Part shown: positions 22,043 to 30,902 of the stretch, in pieces
How the letters are laid out: each line of letters begins with the position of its first letter
How positions within the stretch are numbered: position 1 is the first letter of the stretch
Source of the DNA: Candidatus Saccharimonadota bacterium
GTDB taxonomy: Archaea; Nanobdellota; Nanobdellia; Pacearchaeales; GW2011-AR1
Assembly: GCA_017609205.1 (NCBI GenBank)
Contig: JAFCEL010000001.1
Span: 210,001-242,000, forward strand
Direction: 5' to 3'
Length of the DNA stretch: 32,000 bases
Translations under genes and position numbers: made by a program
The notes under the pieces: model-generated
The model's database searches: none
Told to the model about the DNA's origin: nothing
What the model saw: only the letters and a program-made list of their open reading frames with translations

Positions 22043-24697
22043 ATGAAATTTAATTTTAGAAAAGTTGCTGCTGTTGCAAGTAGTGCATTAATGGTCGGTA
22101 TGACCATGGGTGTTGCTGCTGCTGCAAATTATCCTGCACCTTTCGTTGTCGGAAGTAATGCAGATGTAGCAATTGTTTATGGTACAGGTGCTGGTGTATC
22201 TTCACTGGACTTGATCCAAGCAGGCAATATTCAAACAAATCTTCAATCTGCTATGGGAACAACAAGCAGTGGAACAAGCACAACTGTTACAGGTGAAGCT
22301 TATGCGTTATTCACAAGTTCATCTAAGATTTATATGAACACAAGTTTGAATAGCGTTAGAACAACACTAACAGATACAGAATTGCCAGTTGTTCTTGCTG
22401 ATGGCCAATTTGAAGGTGATCAGACAAGAGATTACACCCAAACAATTACAATTGGTTCTACACCAATTCTTGAGTTTGGAAATCATCCAACAAGTGATGA
22501 TGACCCAACTGTTGCATTCTCAACAGGAACAAGCACATCAAATGTACTTTATAATTTAACAGTTACATTTGACGGAGCTGTTAACTTTACCGATTCTGAT
22601 TCAATCGGAGAATCAATGACAATCTTCGGTAAACAATACACTGTTGGTGCTGGAACTACAAGTACAAAACTTTACTTGTATGAATCCTCAGAAACAGTTG
22701 AGTTATCTATTGGTGGCTCTAACCCTACATCGCAGACAGTTACAGTCAATGGTGAAACATATACTGTTGAACTTACAGGTGCATCTGACAGTTCAGCTAC
22801 TATTAAGGTAACAGATAGTAGTGGAGCATCTCAAACAAAAGAGATTAACGAAGATGCCTCAAAGAAAGTTCAAGGTATAGACATTGCTGTAAACCTTGCT
22901 GATGAGGATACTGCTACAAATAGATTAACTGCAGAGATTACTGTTGGTGCTAATAAGATACTGCTTCAAGACGGAAACAAGGTAAAAGTTGGTTCTGATG
23001 AAGACAGTATTGATGGAACACTTGTAACAAAGAGTGGAACTAATTGGGCAGCGTCCACAGGTTTCACAATAGGTATTGTTCCAGAAGATACAGATGTTGA
23101 TGCTATTGTAGCTGGTGAAAGTTTCACAGACCCTGTGTTTGGAACATTAAAGATTGACTTTGCGTCTCTTTACTCAGATGATGATAGAGAGACTATCAAA
23201 ATAGCTCCATCAGGTGGAGACAAAGCAACTCTTGAAATGACCACACATACTGGTGCTACAAAAAAGATTAATTGGTTTTACAACGACAGCCTTGCTGCAA
23301 AATTAGCAGATGCTGGTGACTCTGGAAAAGACGTTATTCACGTCATGGAAGGAGAGAAAATCAATGTAACTCAGTATGTTGTTGTGGGTAATGAAGATGA
23401 AGGTTATCTTCTTGAATTCTATCAGTTCAGTAATGACACTGATGACCAAGATGATGAAATTATCTTCAGAGATGCTTTCAATCCAACAGATACATTCCAG
23501 GTAACAGGAATTACAACAGAAGGTACTGGTAGCTTAATTGTTGGTGGAAAAACTTACACAGTTTCATACCACGATGAAAGCGCCGAGGGTGCAGACTATG
23601 TAACTCTTGACTATCCTGATACCTCAACTGATAACTATTTTGTATTGTACCCTACAATACAAACATCAAAAGGAGCAAAAGTTGCTTTCTATGAACCTAA
23701 GATAGACCTCAATCTGAATAGCCCTGTAAATACCTCAACAGGTGATTTAGAAAGGTTGTATTTCCCTGACGGAGATGGATATACATACGTTAGCTTTGCT
23801 GTGAACGATTCAACTGAGTGGAACATTACTGTTCAAGGAGGATCAGCTTCCACACTCACCACAAATAATACTAGCGACTATGTAGACGTCTCTATTGGAC
23901 AATTGAAATATAGGTTCCAAGGTTCTGGAAACAATCTCACAGACATCTACTTATTAGATGCTGCAGAGAGCTCTACTCAAACACTTCCAGCAATTATCAT
24001 CTTTGAAGAAAAAGATGATGATAGTGAATATGAAGCATTGATTGTTGAAATGGATGCTAAATCATCTGCTTCAGAATTAGCAGGAGTTCAAGAAGTTGAA
24101 ACAACCTGGAATAACAATGCTGCATACACTGACTGGAATGAAATCCAGATGGAAGCAACAGATGATGACATCTATGCTACAATGGATAAATGGGGTACAC
24201 TTATCAAAACAGATAAGTCTGCTTCAGATCAATACAGTGTAGAGATCAGTTATCCTGATGAGCAGATTCACGCACAGGTTTATGTTGGTGAAGTTGGTGC
24301 TGAGATAACAGCAGGAAGTTCTACTGGAACATCTACTCCACTTGGAGAAGTTCTTGTAAAAGACAGTGAAGTTAGTTCTGTAAGCACAAAGAACTTGATT
24401 ATTATAGGTGGTAGTTGTATTAATTCAGCTGCTGCTACATTGTTAGGTGGTGCTTACTGTACTGCAGATTTCACAGCCCAGACAGGTGTTGGTTCTGGTG
24501 AGTTCTTGATCCAGAGCTTTGGTGATTCAAGCTTGACAAGTTCAGGCAAAATCGCATTGCTTGTCGCTGGTTATGATGCTGCAGACACTGTTAACGCTGC
24601 TAAGTATTTGACTACAAAAACAGTTGATACAACAGCAGGCAAGAAATACAAAGGAACTTCAGCAACTAGTGCAGAACTTGTAACAACGTCTGAATAA
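22043..24697 (+). CDS. S-layer protein (Methanococcus-type S_layer_N / S_layer_C architecture)
   Basis: Signal peptide MKFNFRKVAAVASSALMVGMTMGVAAA. The N-terminal ANYPAPFVVGSNADVAIVYGTGAG and C-terminal NLIIIGGSCINSAAATLLGG resemble euryarchaeal S-layer proteins. It is Thr/Ser/Asp-rich with almost no Cys. Its codon usage and G+C are visibly different from its neighbours, as in a highly expressed gene. Confidence 0.8.
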   Translation: MKFNFRKVAAVASSALMVGMTMGVAAAANYPAPFVVGSNADVAIVYGTGAGVSSLDLIQAGNIQTNLQSAMGTTSSGTSTTVTGEAYALFTSSSKIYMNTSLNSVRTTLTDTELPVVLADGQFEGDQTRDYTQTITIGSTPILEFGNHPTSDDDPTVAFSTGTSTSNVLYNLTVTFDGAVNFTDSDSIGESMTIFGKQYTVGAGTTSTKLYLYESSETVELSIGGSNPTSQTVTVNGETYTVELTGASDSSATIKVTDSSGASQTKEINEDASKKVQGIDIAVNLADEDTATNRLTAEITVGANKILLQDGNKVKVGSDEDSIDGTLVTKSGTNWAASTGFTIGIVPEDTDVDAIVAGESFTDPVFGTLKIDFASLYSDDDRETIKIAPSGGDKATLEMTTHTGATKKINWFYNDSLAAKLADAGDSGKDVIHVMEGEKINVTQYVVVGNEDEGYLLEFYQFSNDTDDQDDEIIFRDAFNPTDTFQVTGITTEGTGSLIVGGKTYTVSYHDESAEGADYVTLDYPDTSTDNYFVLYPTIQTSKGAKVAFYEPKIDLNLNSPVNTSTGDLERLYFPDGDGYTYVSFAVNDSTEWNITVQGGSASTLTTNNTSDYVDVSIGQLKYRFQGSGNNLTDIYLLDAAESSTQTLPAIIIFEEKDDDSEYEALIVEMDAKSSASELAGVQEVETTWNNNAAYTDWNEIQMEATDDDIYATMDKWGTLIKTDKSASDQYSVEISYPDEQIHAQVYVGEVGAEITAGSSTGTSTPLGEVLVKDSEVSSVSTKNLIIIGGSCINSAAATLLGGAYCTADFTAQTGVGSGEFLIQSFGDSSLTSSGKIALLVAGYDAADTVNAAKYLTTKTVDTTAGKKYKGTSATSAELVTTSE

Positions 24698-24709
24698 ATA
24701 GTTTAATTA

Positions 24710-24731
24710 TTCTTTTCTTTTTCTTTTTTTT
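24710..24731 (+). terminator. Oligo-pyrimidine/oligo-T terminator after the S-layer gene
   Basis: ttcttttctttttctttttttt begins 13 nt after the stop codon. Archaeal termination occurs at T-tracts. Confidence 0.55.
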
Positions 24732-24755
24732 AACAATCAGCGAATGCTCAAAAGG

Positions 24756-24765
24756 TTTTTATATA
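24756..24765 (+). promoter_or_regulatory. TATA box (tttttatata) for the leaderless gene at 24784
   Basis: aaaaggtttttatata, centred about 24-26 nt upstream of the ATG. Confidence 0.45.
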
Positions 24766-24783
24766 CAACCAGGATAATATTCT

Positions 24784-25353
24784 ATGCGAAGAATTATTTC
24801 AAAAGAGGAGGAAAAAAAGAAAAGAAAAAGAAAGCAATTGATTGTTGGACTTGTCCTTATTATAGTCATGCTCGGAAGCACTTTTGGCATAGTTGTTAAT
24901 TCTTTTGGAAAGAAGAAAAATTCCGACGAGAAAATAATATATAATAATGTTGAATTTGAAAGACAAGGAAACTACTGGAGTACGAGGCTAGGAGAAAAAA
25001 TTTTTATTTTTAGATACAATCCTAAAGAAGTTCTTTTTATTCCTGGTTATGTTAAAAGCTTTAGTGATTACGCTGGAAAACCATTATATATTTATTCTGA
25101 AAGTGAAGGTGCAGAACTAGAAATATATAGAAATTTTCAGAATATCGTTCAGAGAATGCAGAAAGCTTGTTATAAGGAATGCGAAGAAGATTTGCCTATC
25201 AAAAACTGCGATAATAATTTCATAATAATTCAAAATTCCAGCATTGTAAATATTGTGCAAAATAAAAGCTGTGTTTATATCACAGGACCAGAAGAAAACC
25301 TTACCCAAATTACTGACGAATTTTTATTTAAGGCTATAGGGATAGAAAAATAA
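24784..25353 (+). CDS. N-terminally anchored membrane protein, hypothetical (189 aa)
   Basis: A Lys/Arg-rich N-terminus is followed by the TM LIVGLVLIIVMLGSTFGIVV and an ectodomain with Cys. It lies directly downstream of the S-layer gene. Confidence 0.55.
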   Translation: MRRIISKEEEKKKRKRKQLIVGLVLIIVMLGSTFGIVVNSFGKKKNSDEKIIYNNVEFERQGNYWSTRLGEKIFIFRYNPKEVLFIPGYVKSFSDYAGKPLYIYSESEGAELEIYRNFQNIVQRMQKACYKECEEDLPIKNCDNNFIIIQNSSIVNIVQNKSCVYITGPEENLTQITDEFLFKAIGIEK

Positions 25354-25393
25354 GAATAACAAATCTTATAAAACAAAGGAGATAAATATTAGA

Positions 25394-26128
25394 ATGGTCG
25401 AGAAGAAAAAAATTTCCAAGCAAAGTTCCAAAAAGGACAAAGAAAAAGTCTGTGAGATTTTTGAAGTTGAAAGCAGAAAAGGAAATAAAAAGATTGTTAA
25501 AAGTTGCGGAGAGATTGATGAAAAAAAATCTAATGAAAAAGAAATTAAAGAACAAAATAAAATTTTAAAAAGAGTTCTAATTGGAATAGGATTATTTATT
25601 GTTTTCTTTATTGCCTTATTTCTATGGATTGATTCTGTTCGCCATTTTAATTATAGGGGTGTTGAATTTGAAATTGTCAAAGAGGGTAAATTAATACTCT
25701 ATAAGACAACTCTCCCTGTTTACTATCAAGGGGGGATAAGAGATTATAATTTTTATTTGAGAAAAGATCCCAGGAAAATTGATGAAAGTGTTCAATTTAA
25801 TGGAGAAATACGGCTTCTTAAAAATCTCGTCGTTAACTCAAGTGATTTCAAATGTGATGGAGACGAAATTATAGCCCTTGCAAACTTAGTGAAACTCTAT
25901 GATGTTCTCGGCTCAAAAGTTATTAAAGACCCAAATGCAACCTGCGATAAATTAGGAAGATATGCATATATAACTATAAAAGACGGCAATGAAACAAAAA
26001 TTACAGAAAAAAGTATTGCATGTTATGATATCGAAGTCAGTAATTGTGAGATTCTGGAAGCAATTGAGAGATATATGACTGAAACCTTTGTTGAAGTGAA
26101 TAAAATCAAGGCATCTCTCTCTTCCTAA
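25394..26128 (+). CDS. N-terminally anchored membrane protein, hypothetical (244 aa)
   Basis: A ~60-aa Lys-rich cytoplasmic N-terminus is followed by the TM VLIGIGLFIVFFIALFLWI and an ectodomain with Cys. It shows weak resemblance to the preceding gene (VEFE block). Confidence 0.55.
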   Translation: MVEKKKISKQSSKKDKEKVCEIFEVESRKGNKKIVKSCGEIDEKKSNEKEIKEQNKILKRVLIGIGLFIVFFIALFLWIDSVRHFNYRGVEFEIVKEGKLILYKTTLPVYYQGGIRDYNFYLRKDPRKIDESVQFNGEIRLLKNLVVNSSDFKCDGDEIIALANLVKLYDVLGSKVIKDPNATCDKLGRYAYITIKDGNETKITEKSIACYDIEVSNCEILEAIERYMTETFVEVNKIKASLSS

Positions 26129-26705
26129 AGTAATAAAATAAAGAGATAATTACAGCAACTGAAAGGGCTGCTATTGTTATCAAAAGTTTAAGAATTGGAT
26201 TAATTTCACTCCCAAAAAAGAACCCTACTAAAATTAAAAATAATACCCAAATTCCTGCACCAAGAGATGTGAAAAAGATAAACTTCGGAAGATTCATTCT
26301 GGAAAAACCAGCAGGTAGAGAAATAAACTGGCGAATAACCGGAATTAACCTTCCTACAAAGATAATTATCTCTCCGTATTTTGCAAAATAATAATCAGAT
26401 TTTTTTATTTTTTGATGTGTTATAAAGAAAATCCTTCCATACTTGTGAACAAGAAAATCAATTGTTGTTCTTCCTAAATAAAAAGCGAGAAAGTAATTGA
26501 TAAGCGCTCCTACCAAACTACCCAGAACTCCTGCTAGAAAAACAAGGAGAAAATTCATTTCTCCACGAGCAATTAATGCTCCTGCTGGAATCATGATTAC
26601 TTCACTTGGAAAAGGAATAAAAGAACTCTCAATAGTCATTCCAATAAAAATTCCAAGATATCCTAATTTATTGATAATTAATAAAAAAGCATTCAGAAAA
26701 TTCAT
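26106..26705 (-). CDS. DedA/SNARE-associated family membrane protein
   Basis: GYLGIFIGMTIESSFIPFPSEVIMIPAGALIARGEMNF...GALINYFLAFYLGR is the DedA signature region. Its ATG overlaps the stop of the upstream sortase-like gene (ATGA). Confidence 0.8.
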   Translation of the reverse strand: MNFLNAFLLIINKLGYLGIFIGMTIESSFIPFPSEVIMIPAGALIARGEMNFLLVFLAGVLGSLVGALINYFLAFYLGRTTIDFLVHKYGRIFFITHQKIKKSDYYFAKYGEIIIFVGRLIPVIRQFISLPAGFSRMNLPKFIFFTSLGAGIWVLFLILVGFFFGSEINPILKLLITIAALSVAVIISLFYYFRKREMP

Positions 26706-27217
26706 TTTATTTTCTTATAAAGGAATTTAAGATCAGAATAAAAAGGAATTTCTTTTATTTTAAATAGCCTTACATTAAAAAACCATATTCCTGCTACAAA
26801 GAGAGCACCTCCAAAATACCAAAGAGTTTTATGGATGGATTCAAAAAGTGGAGAATTATTAATAAGAAGAAGTCCAAGAAAAAAAATCCTCAGAATATTA
26901 AAGATAAAAAAGATAAAAAAAGATAAAAAAAGAACACTTAATCGGTCCTTGATTTTTATGTTAGGCGTTGATAAGTTTAAAATAAATAAAAGATAATATG
27001 CAGACCCTGCAATACAAGCATTTATGAATTCTATTTTAAAACATTCTGAGATAAGAATAGAATTTCCAGAGATAATTGTATCAAAGAATAAACTAAAAAG
27101 GAAGTAGGAAGAATAAATAGTTAAGGGCGTAAATAAAAAATAAAAAATAAAAAGATTTGGAAAAGAAACAACTAATATAAAAGCATAGCGAAATAATAAA
27201 TATCTTATTTTATTCAT
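26702..27217 (-). CDS. Compact exosortase/archaeosortase-family protein (171 aa)
   Basis: It is polytopic and very hydrophobic. Family-like motifs appear in order: Cys in FINACIAGSAYYLL, Arg in FNILRIFFLG, and His in SIHKTLWYFGGALF. It sits directly downstream of a protein with a C-terminal sorting signal. Confidence 0.6.
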   Translation of the reverse strand: MNKIRYLLFRYAFILVVSFPNLFIFYFLFTPLTIYSSYFLFSLFFDTIISGNSILISECFKIEFINACIAGSAYYLLFILNLSTPNIKIKDRLSVLFLSFFIFFIFNILRIFFLGLLLINNSPLFESIHKTLWYFGGALFVAGIWFFNVRLFKIKEIPFYSDLKFLYKKIK

Positions 27218-27246
27218 AAGATTCTAAAAAAAAGAAGTTTAAATTT

Positions 27247-28914
27247 TTATCTAATTAATCTAATAATTAAAATAACTATTGCTATCAAAATCAAGACAGT
27301 TATAATTCCTGTAGTTATAACAAAGGATAATGAAAACTCGCTTGGTATACTAAATCCAGATTTTGCTATTTGAACTGAAACAGGCTGAGTAACTACAAGT
27401 TGCCCTTCTGAAAGAACCTCGATATCAAAATTATTTTCACCTGAAGCATCTTTCTTTACATCAAAAGTGAGTGTTACTGTTTTTGATTCTCCCTTTCCTA
27501 TAACAAAAGTTGCTGGTGATACATCCACGGAATTTGCCCAACTTGCATAAGTTGCTGCATTAACATTGTATGTTGCAGAATCATCGCCTGTGTTTGTAAT
27601 TGTAGCCTTAATAGTCAATTTTTCTCCTGCTTTTCCACCTGATTCTAATGAAGCAGAAACAATTGCATCTGCAGATGTGCCCCTGCAATTTCCTTCAATT
27701 GTAAATGTCTTTGTAAACTTAGACTCATCCTCGTCATAATCATTTTCATAGATATCATTGTCCTCATCATAAACCTCAAAGGTTAAGATATATGTCTTTT
27801 CTTGTGCATCTTTTGGAATTTTTAATAGAACATTCAAGTCCTCATTCCTATAAGATCTAATTTCATTGAATTCTATTATTTCAGAAATACCCAATTCTTT
27901 ATTGTAGATTTTAACTTTAACATCATCCTGGTCATCACTTCCAATATTCCATACATCTGCTGTTATTTGCATATCTTCTCCGCAAGAGACAATCTCCGGA
28001 AGATTTACCTTGTTTAAAATTACAAAATCAGACTCTTCCTCTATTGAAATCTCTTCAGAGTCGCTTGCACAAGTGTCTTGTCCATCAAGAGAGCCAGCAT
28101 CATTGTCATCAATTGTTCCTGTAGCACGAACAACAAGATTGTAATTATTGCCTACAAATTCATCGAAATCCATGTCAAAATCTTTTTCATTAATATTAAA
28201 TGTGATTGTGAAAGTATCCTCTTTGCCATCTTTAAGCTTGAAATTATCTATTTCGTCAAGCTCAACAACCCAATCATTAAAAGAATCATCTGTAATTCCC
28301 CATTCAAGCGATATGTCATCAATATTATAATCACCATTATTTTCAACTTTTATCTCAACTTCAATCTCATCAAAAGGAAGCCATTCTTCGTCCTTTCCAA
28401 AACCCTTTATTACAGAAACATCCTTTATTCGAACATCAAGCTCTCCATTATTTGTTGATACACCATTGTCATATTTGCAGATATCTGAAGTTGATGAAGC
28501 TGCAGTAACTGTAATTGAAACAGGCACACTATAATTAGTAGCTGAAGAATAAGTTCCTTCGAAAGTTATATTTCCGGTATAGGTTCCAACTGCCTGAGAT
28601 GAGGGGATAGAAACTGTTAAAGTCACAGTATCATTATCCAATCCTTCTAAATAGGAAGGCACACTTGATAATGCAAGATTAGAACTTGCAAGAGTATTTG
28701 AACCAGAAGTTAAAGATTGCAGATAACCTTTAATACTTGTCATATTCTGAGTAGCAGTATTATTTATCACAAAATTAACTGTGATTACATCCCCTTGAGT
28801 TCCACTTCCTGTAATTGTGGATGGATTGAAATCCATTGCAGCATTAACTGCTCCTGTTAAGAACACTATTGTGAAAATTCCTAAAATCAGTGATGTTAAA
28901 TTTCTTTGTTTCAT
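27247..28914 (-). CDS. Surface protein (CARDB/DUF11-like Ig repeats) with a PEF-CTERM-like sorting signal
   Basis: Signal peptide MKQRNLTSLILGIFTIVFLTGAVNA. The Ig-like repeats include ATITNTGDDSATYNVNA...GESKTVTLTFDV. The tripartite C-terminus is IPSEF, then SLSFVITTGIITVLILIAIVILII, then RLIR. Confidence 0.8.
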   Translation of the reverse strand: MKQRNLTSLILGIFTIVFLTGAVNAAMDFNPSTITGSGTQGDVITVNFVINNTATQNMTSIKGYLQSLTSGSNTLASSNLALSSVPSYLEGLDNDTVTLTVSIPSSQAVGTYTGNITFEGTYSSATNYSVPVSITVTAASSTSDICKYDNGVSTNNGELDVRIKDVSVIKGFGKDEEWLPFDEIEVEIKVENNGDYNIDDISLEWGITDDSFNDWVVELDEIDNFKLKDGKEDTFTITFNINEKDFDMDFDEFVGNNYNLVVRATGTIDDNDAGSLDGQDTCASDSEEISIEEESDFVILNKVNLPEIVSCGEDMQITADVWNIGSDDQDDVKVKIYNKELGISEIIEFNEIRSYRNEDLNVLLKIPKDAQEKTYILTFEVYDEDNDIYENDYDEDESKFTKTFTIEGNCRGTSADAIVSASLESGGKAGEKLTIKATITNTGDDSATYNVNAATYASWANSVDVSPATFVIGKGESKTVTLTFDVKKDASGENNFDIEVLSEGQLVVTQPVSVQIAKSGFSIPSEFSLSFVITTGIITVLILIAIVILIIRLIR

Positions 28915-28994
28915 TTTGTTGTAATTCTGGAGTTATGAAGGTTTATAAGTTTTTCTATGATTTGAAATATATTTGAAAAACAACATTTCAAAAG

Positions 28995-29003
28995 TTTTAT
29001 ATA
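28995..29003 (+). promoter_or_regulatory. TATA box (ttttatata) for the leaderless gene at 29025
   Basis: caaaagttttatata, centred 26 nt upstream of the ATG at 29025. Confidence 0.45.
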
Positions 29004-29024
29004 CGAGAAATGATTATTAGATGA

Positions 29025-29417
29025 ATGACTGTAATATCCAAAGAAAATTCTTTTGGTGCATGGGCATTTCTTATTGGAGTTGTTTTGGCTGTGCTTATTG
29101 GAATTGGAACATCCTCTTTAATACCTATTGATTCAATAATAAAACATAGTCCACAGATTTATGCAGTTCTCGTTATATTAGGAATTTTAGTAGGATTTTC
29201 AATTAAAGCAGAAAGAAAGGATGCTCAGACATTTCTATATACAGGAGCAATTCTTGTCATAATAAGCAAATTTGGTATGGACAGTGTTACTGGATCTCTG
29301 ATTGGAATAGGTGTTGGAGGATTAGTTTCTTCGATATTTGGAGCACTGCTCACATTATTTGTTCCTGCTACAATCATAGTTGCATTGAAAACAGTGTTCT
29401 CTATTGCGAGAATTTAA
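29025..29417 (+). CDS. Small polytopic membrane protein, hypothetical (130 aa)
   Basis: About four hydrophobic helices rich in G/I/V. No family recognised. Confidence 0.55.
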   Translation: MTVISKENSFGAWAFLIGVVLAVLIGIGTSSLIPIDSIIKHSPQIYAVLVILGILVGFSIKAERKDAQTFLYTGAILVIISKFGMDSVTGSLIGIGVGGLVSSIFGALLTLFVPATIIVALKTVFSIARI

Positions 29418-30027
29418 GTTCAAAGAAATTAACAATTTTAGGGCTGTTCATATCTAATCTCGGACAAGCAGTATTAACCCATGATTGAATATCTGAAAAG
29501 TTCTCAAATTCGTTTATATTCACATTATTGCATACAAACAAATAAGAATCTTTATCAACAAGATTCTTTCTTAATTTTAGAGCTTTATCAAAATTCTGCT
29601 GTCCTTTTTTTGTGGATATTAAAATTCCGACTTTTTCTGCATTAAGAAATTTGACATAAGAGGCTTTTTTGCTTTTTTCAAAATTCCTTATATCTTTTTC
29701 TGATATTTTTTCCAATTTACTCTTATTATATATATAAACAGGAAGTTTTGTAGTATAAGCAAGAGAAATTGCGTGAAACTTTCCATCGCTGATTAATAAT
29801 ACAGCCTGAGTAGGTTTAGGCAATTTTAATTGAGAACATCCGAGTACTTGTATAAAATTAGTTATAATATGTTCTTTACTTAGCAATTGTTTAATTCCTT
29901 TTGCCTGAGAACTATATTGAATAGAATAAGCAATTGCAAGATATTTAGGGAGTTTTTTAGAAAAACCCAATATTCTCTCTTTATTGATTTTTGAATTTAA
30001 TTTTACTGGAATAAATAATGTTTTCAT
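29401..30027 (-). CDS. dph2: Diphthamide synthesis Dph2-like radical-SAM protein, short form (208 aa)
   Basis: IQVLGCSQL..., LLISDGKFHAISLA, VGILISTKKGQQNFDKALKL, FVCNNVNINEFENF and WVNTACPRL match the central and C-terminal domains of archaeal Dph2. Confidence 0.7.
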   Translation of the reverse strand: MKTLFIPVKLNSKINKERILGFSKKLPKYLAIAYSIQYSSQAKGIKQLLSKEHIITNFIQVLGCSQLKLPKPTQAVLLISDGKFHAISLAYTTKLPVYIYNKSKLEKISEKDIRNFEKSKKASYVKFLNAEKVGILISTKKGQQNFDKALKLRKNLVDKDSYLFVCNNVNINEFENFSDIQSWVNTACPRLDMNSPKIVNFFELKFSQ

Positions 30028-30140
30028 AAAAAATCAAGGAAGAATTAGTTAAAAAAGTTATGTAATTATGAAGCCAAATTTACAATTAAATTTCTATAAG
30101 TCTTATCTAGCCAATCCCTAGTTTCTCGTTCCCCTTAGAA

Positions 30141-30581
30141 TTAATAAGTCTCAAACTTATGTTTGGACTGGTCCCCTTTTGGTTTTGAGACTTCCTTGGA
30201 TATTTTTGCAAATGAAGGTGTTACAATAATTATATTTTCTCCAAATCCTGCAATACTTCCTTCAAGAGCGTCTGTTGTTTTTTTAATTTTTGAAACAGCC
30301 CGTTTTAATTCAATAGAATCTTTTTGTCTTAAAGTTTTAATATCAATTACCGCAATTGTATATCCTTGTCTTAATGCATTGAGGACATCATTTACTTCAT
30401 CATAACTCTTTAGAACAAATAATTTAACCAAGACTTTATTTTCTTTCTCTTCTTTTTCTAAATCGATCTCGATATACTCGTCGTCAAAATCATCTGAAGA
30501 AGTCATTACCTTCCTTAATCTATCAAACACCATGTTAAAAATATATGGAACAGATTTATAAAGATTTCTGTGATTTTTCAC
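30141..30581 (-). CDS. sepF: SepF-like cell-division protein (DUF552)
   Basis: KVLVKLFVLKSYDEVNDVLNALRQGYTIAVIDIKTLRQKDSIELKRAVSKIKKTTDALEGSIAGFGENIIIVTP matches the SepF core. The true start may be the internal ATG at 30533 (MVFDRL). Confidence 0.7.
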   Translation of the reverse strand: MKNHRNLYKSVPYIFNMVFDRLRKVMTSSDDFDDEYIEIDLEKEEKENKVLVKLFVLKSYDEVNDVLNALRQGYTIAVIDIKTLRQKDSIELKRAVSKIKKTTDALEGSIAGFGENIIIVTPSFAKISKEVSKPKGDQSKHKFETY

Positions 30582-30589
30582 TATTTCCC

Positions 30590-30901
30590 TTACTTATGAC
30601 TCACTAATTCTTCTCTCAAACTTTCAATCTTGTCAGTAAGAGCGCTTTCTTGTTTTTCTATGGACTTCACCCTCAATTCAAGAAGCCTTTCTTTATTCTT
30701 TAACTCATCAACTATCTTTGACTTATCAGATTTAATCATTAATTGCCCTATAATCTTAAAGACTTCATTATCGGACTTTTCGATTTCTCTTAAAGCAGAC
30801 TGTGTTTCTGAAATCTCCATCTGAAATGCCTGTTTTTGAAGAAGCAGATTTTGCAGATTATTTTCTAAAAATTGCATTTCTTGGATTTTATTGTCTGACA
30901 T
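30590..30901 (-). CDS. pfdB: Prefoldin beta subunit
   Basis: 103-aa coiled coil. QEMQFLENNLQNLLLQKQAFQMEISETQSALREIEK...VFKIIGQLMIK...ELKNKERLLELRVKSIEKQE is a typical PfdB. Confidence 0.85.
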   Translation of the reverse strand: MSDNKIQEMQFLENNLQNLLLQKQAFQMEISETQSALREIEKSDNEVFKIIGQLMIKSDKSKIVDELKNKERLLELRVKSIEKQESALTDKIESLREELVSHK

Positions 30902-30902
30902 T

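Noticed and set aside
22056-22238. Track ORF 22056-22238 (-)
   Set aside because: It is antisense to the N-terminal region of the S-layer gene, whose signal peptide and ANYPAPFV motif are clear. Its translation is repetitive (QQQQ runs) with no recognisable motif.
25117-25555. Track ORFs 25117-25308 and 25334-25555 (-)
   Set aside because: They are antisense to the two N-terminally anchored membrane-protein genes downstream of the S-layer gene (24784-25353 and 25394-26128).
26497-26730. Track ORF 26497-26730 (+)
   Set aside because: It is antisense to the DedA gene, which carries the family signature region, and runs across the DedA/sortase ATGA junction.
26901-26932. Short tandem repeat aagataaaaa(a) x3
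   Set aside because: It lies inside the archaeosortase-like gene and encodes the Phe/Ile-rich TM segment (FLSFFIFFIF) on the minus strand. It reflects composition and is not a regulatory microsatellite.
28078-28458. Track ORFs 28078-28458 and 28148-28330 (+)
   Set aside because: They are antisense to the 555-aa surface-protein gene and have Ile/Asn-rich nonsense translations.
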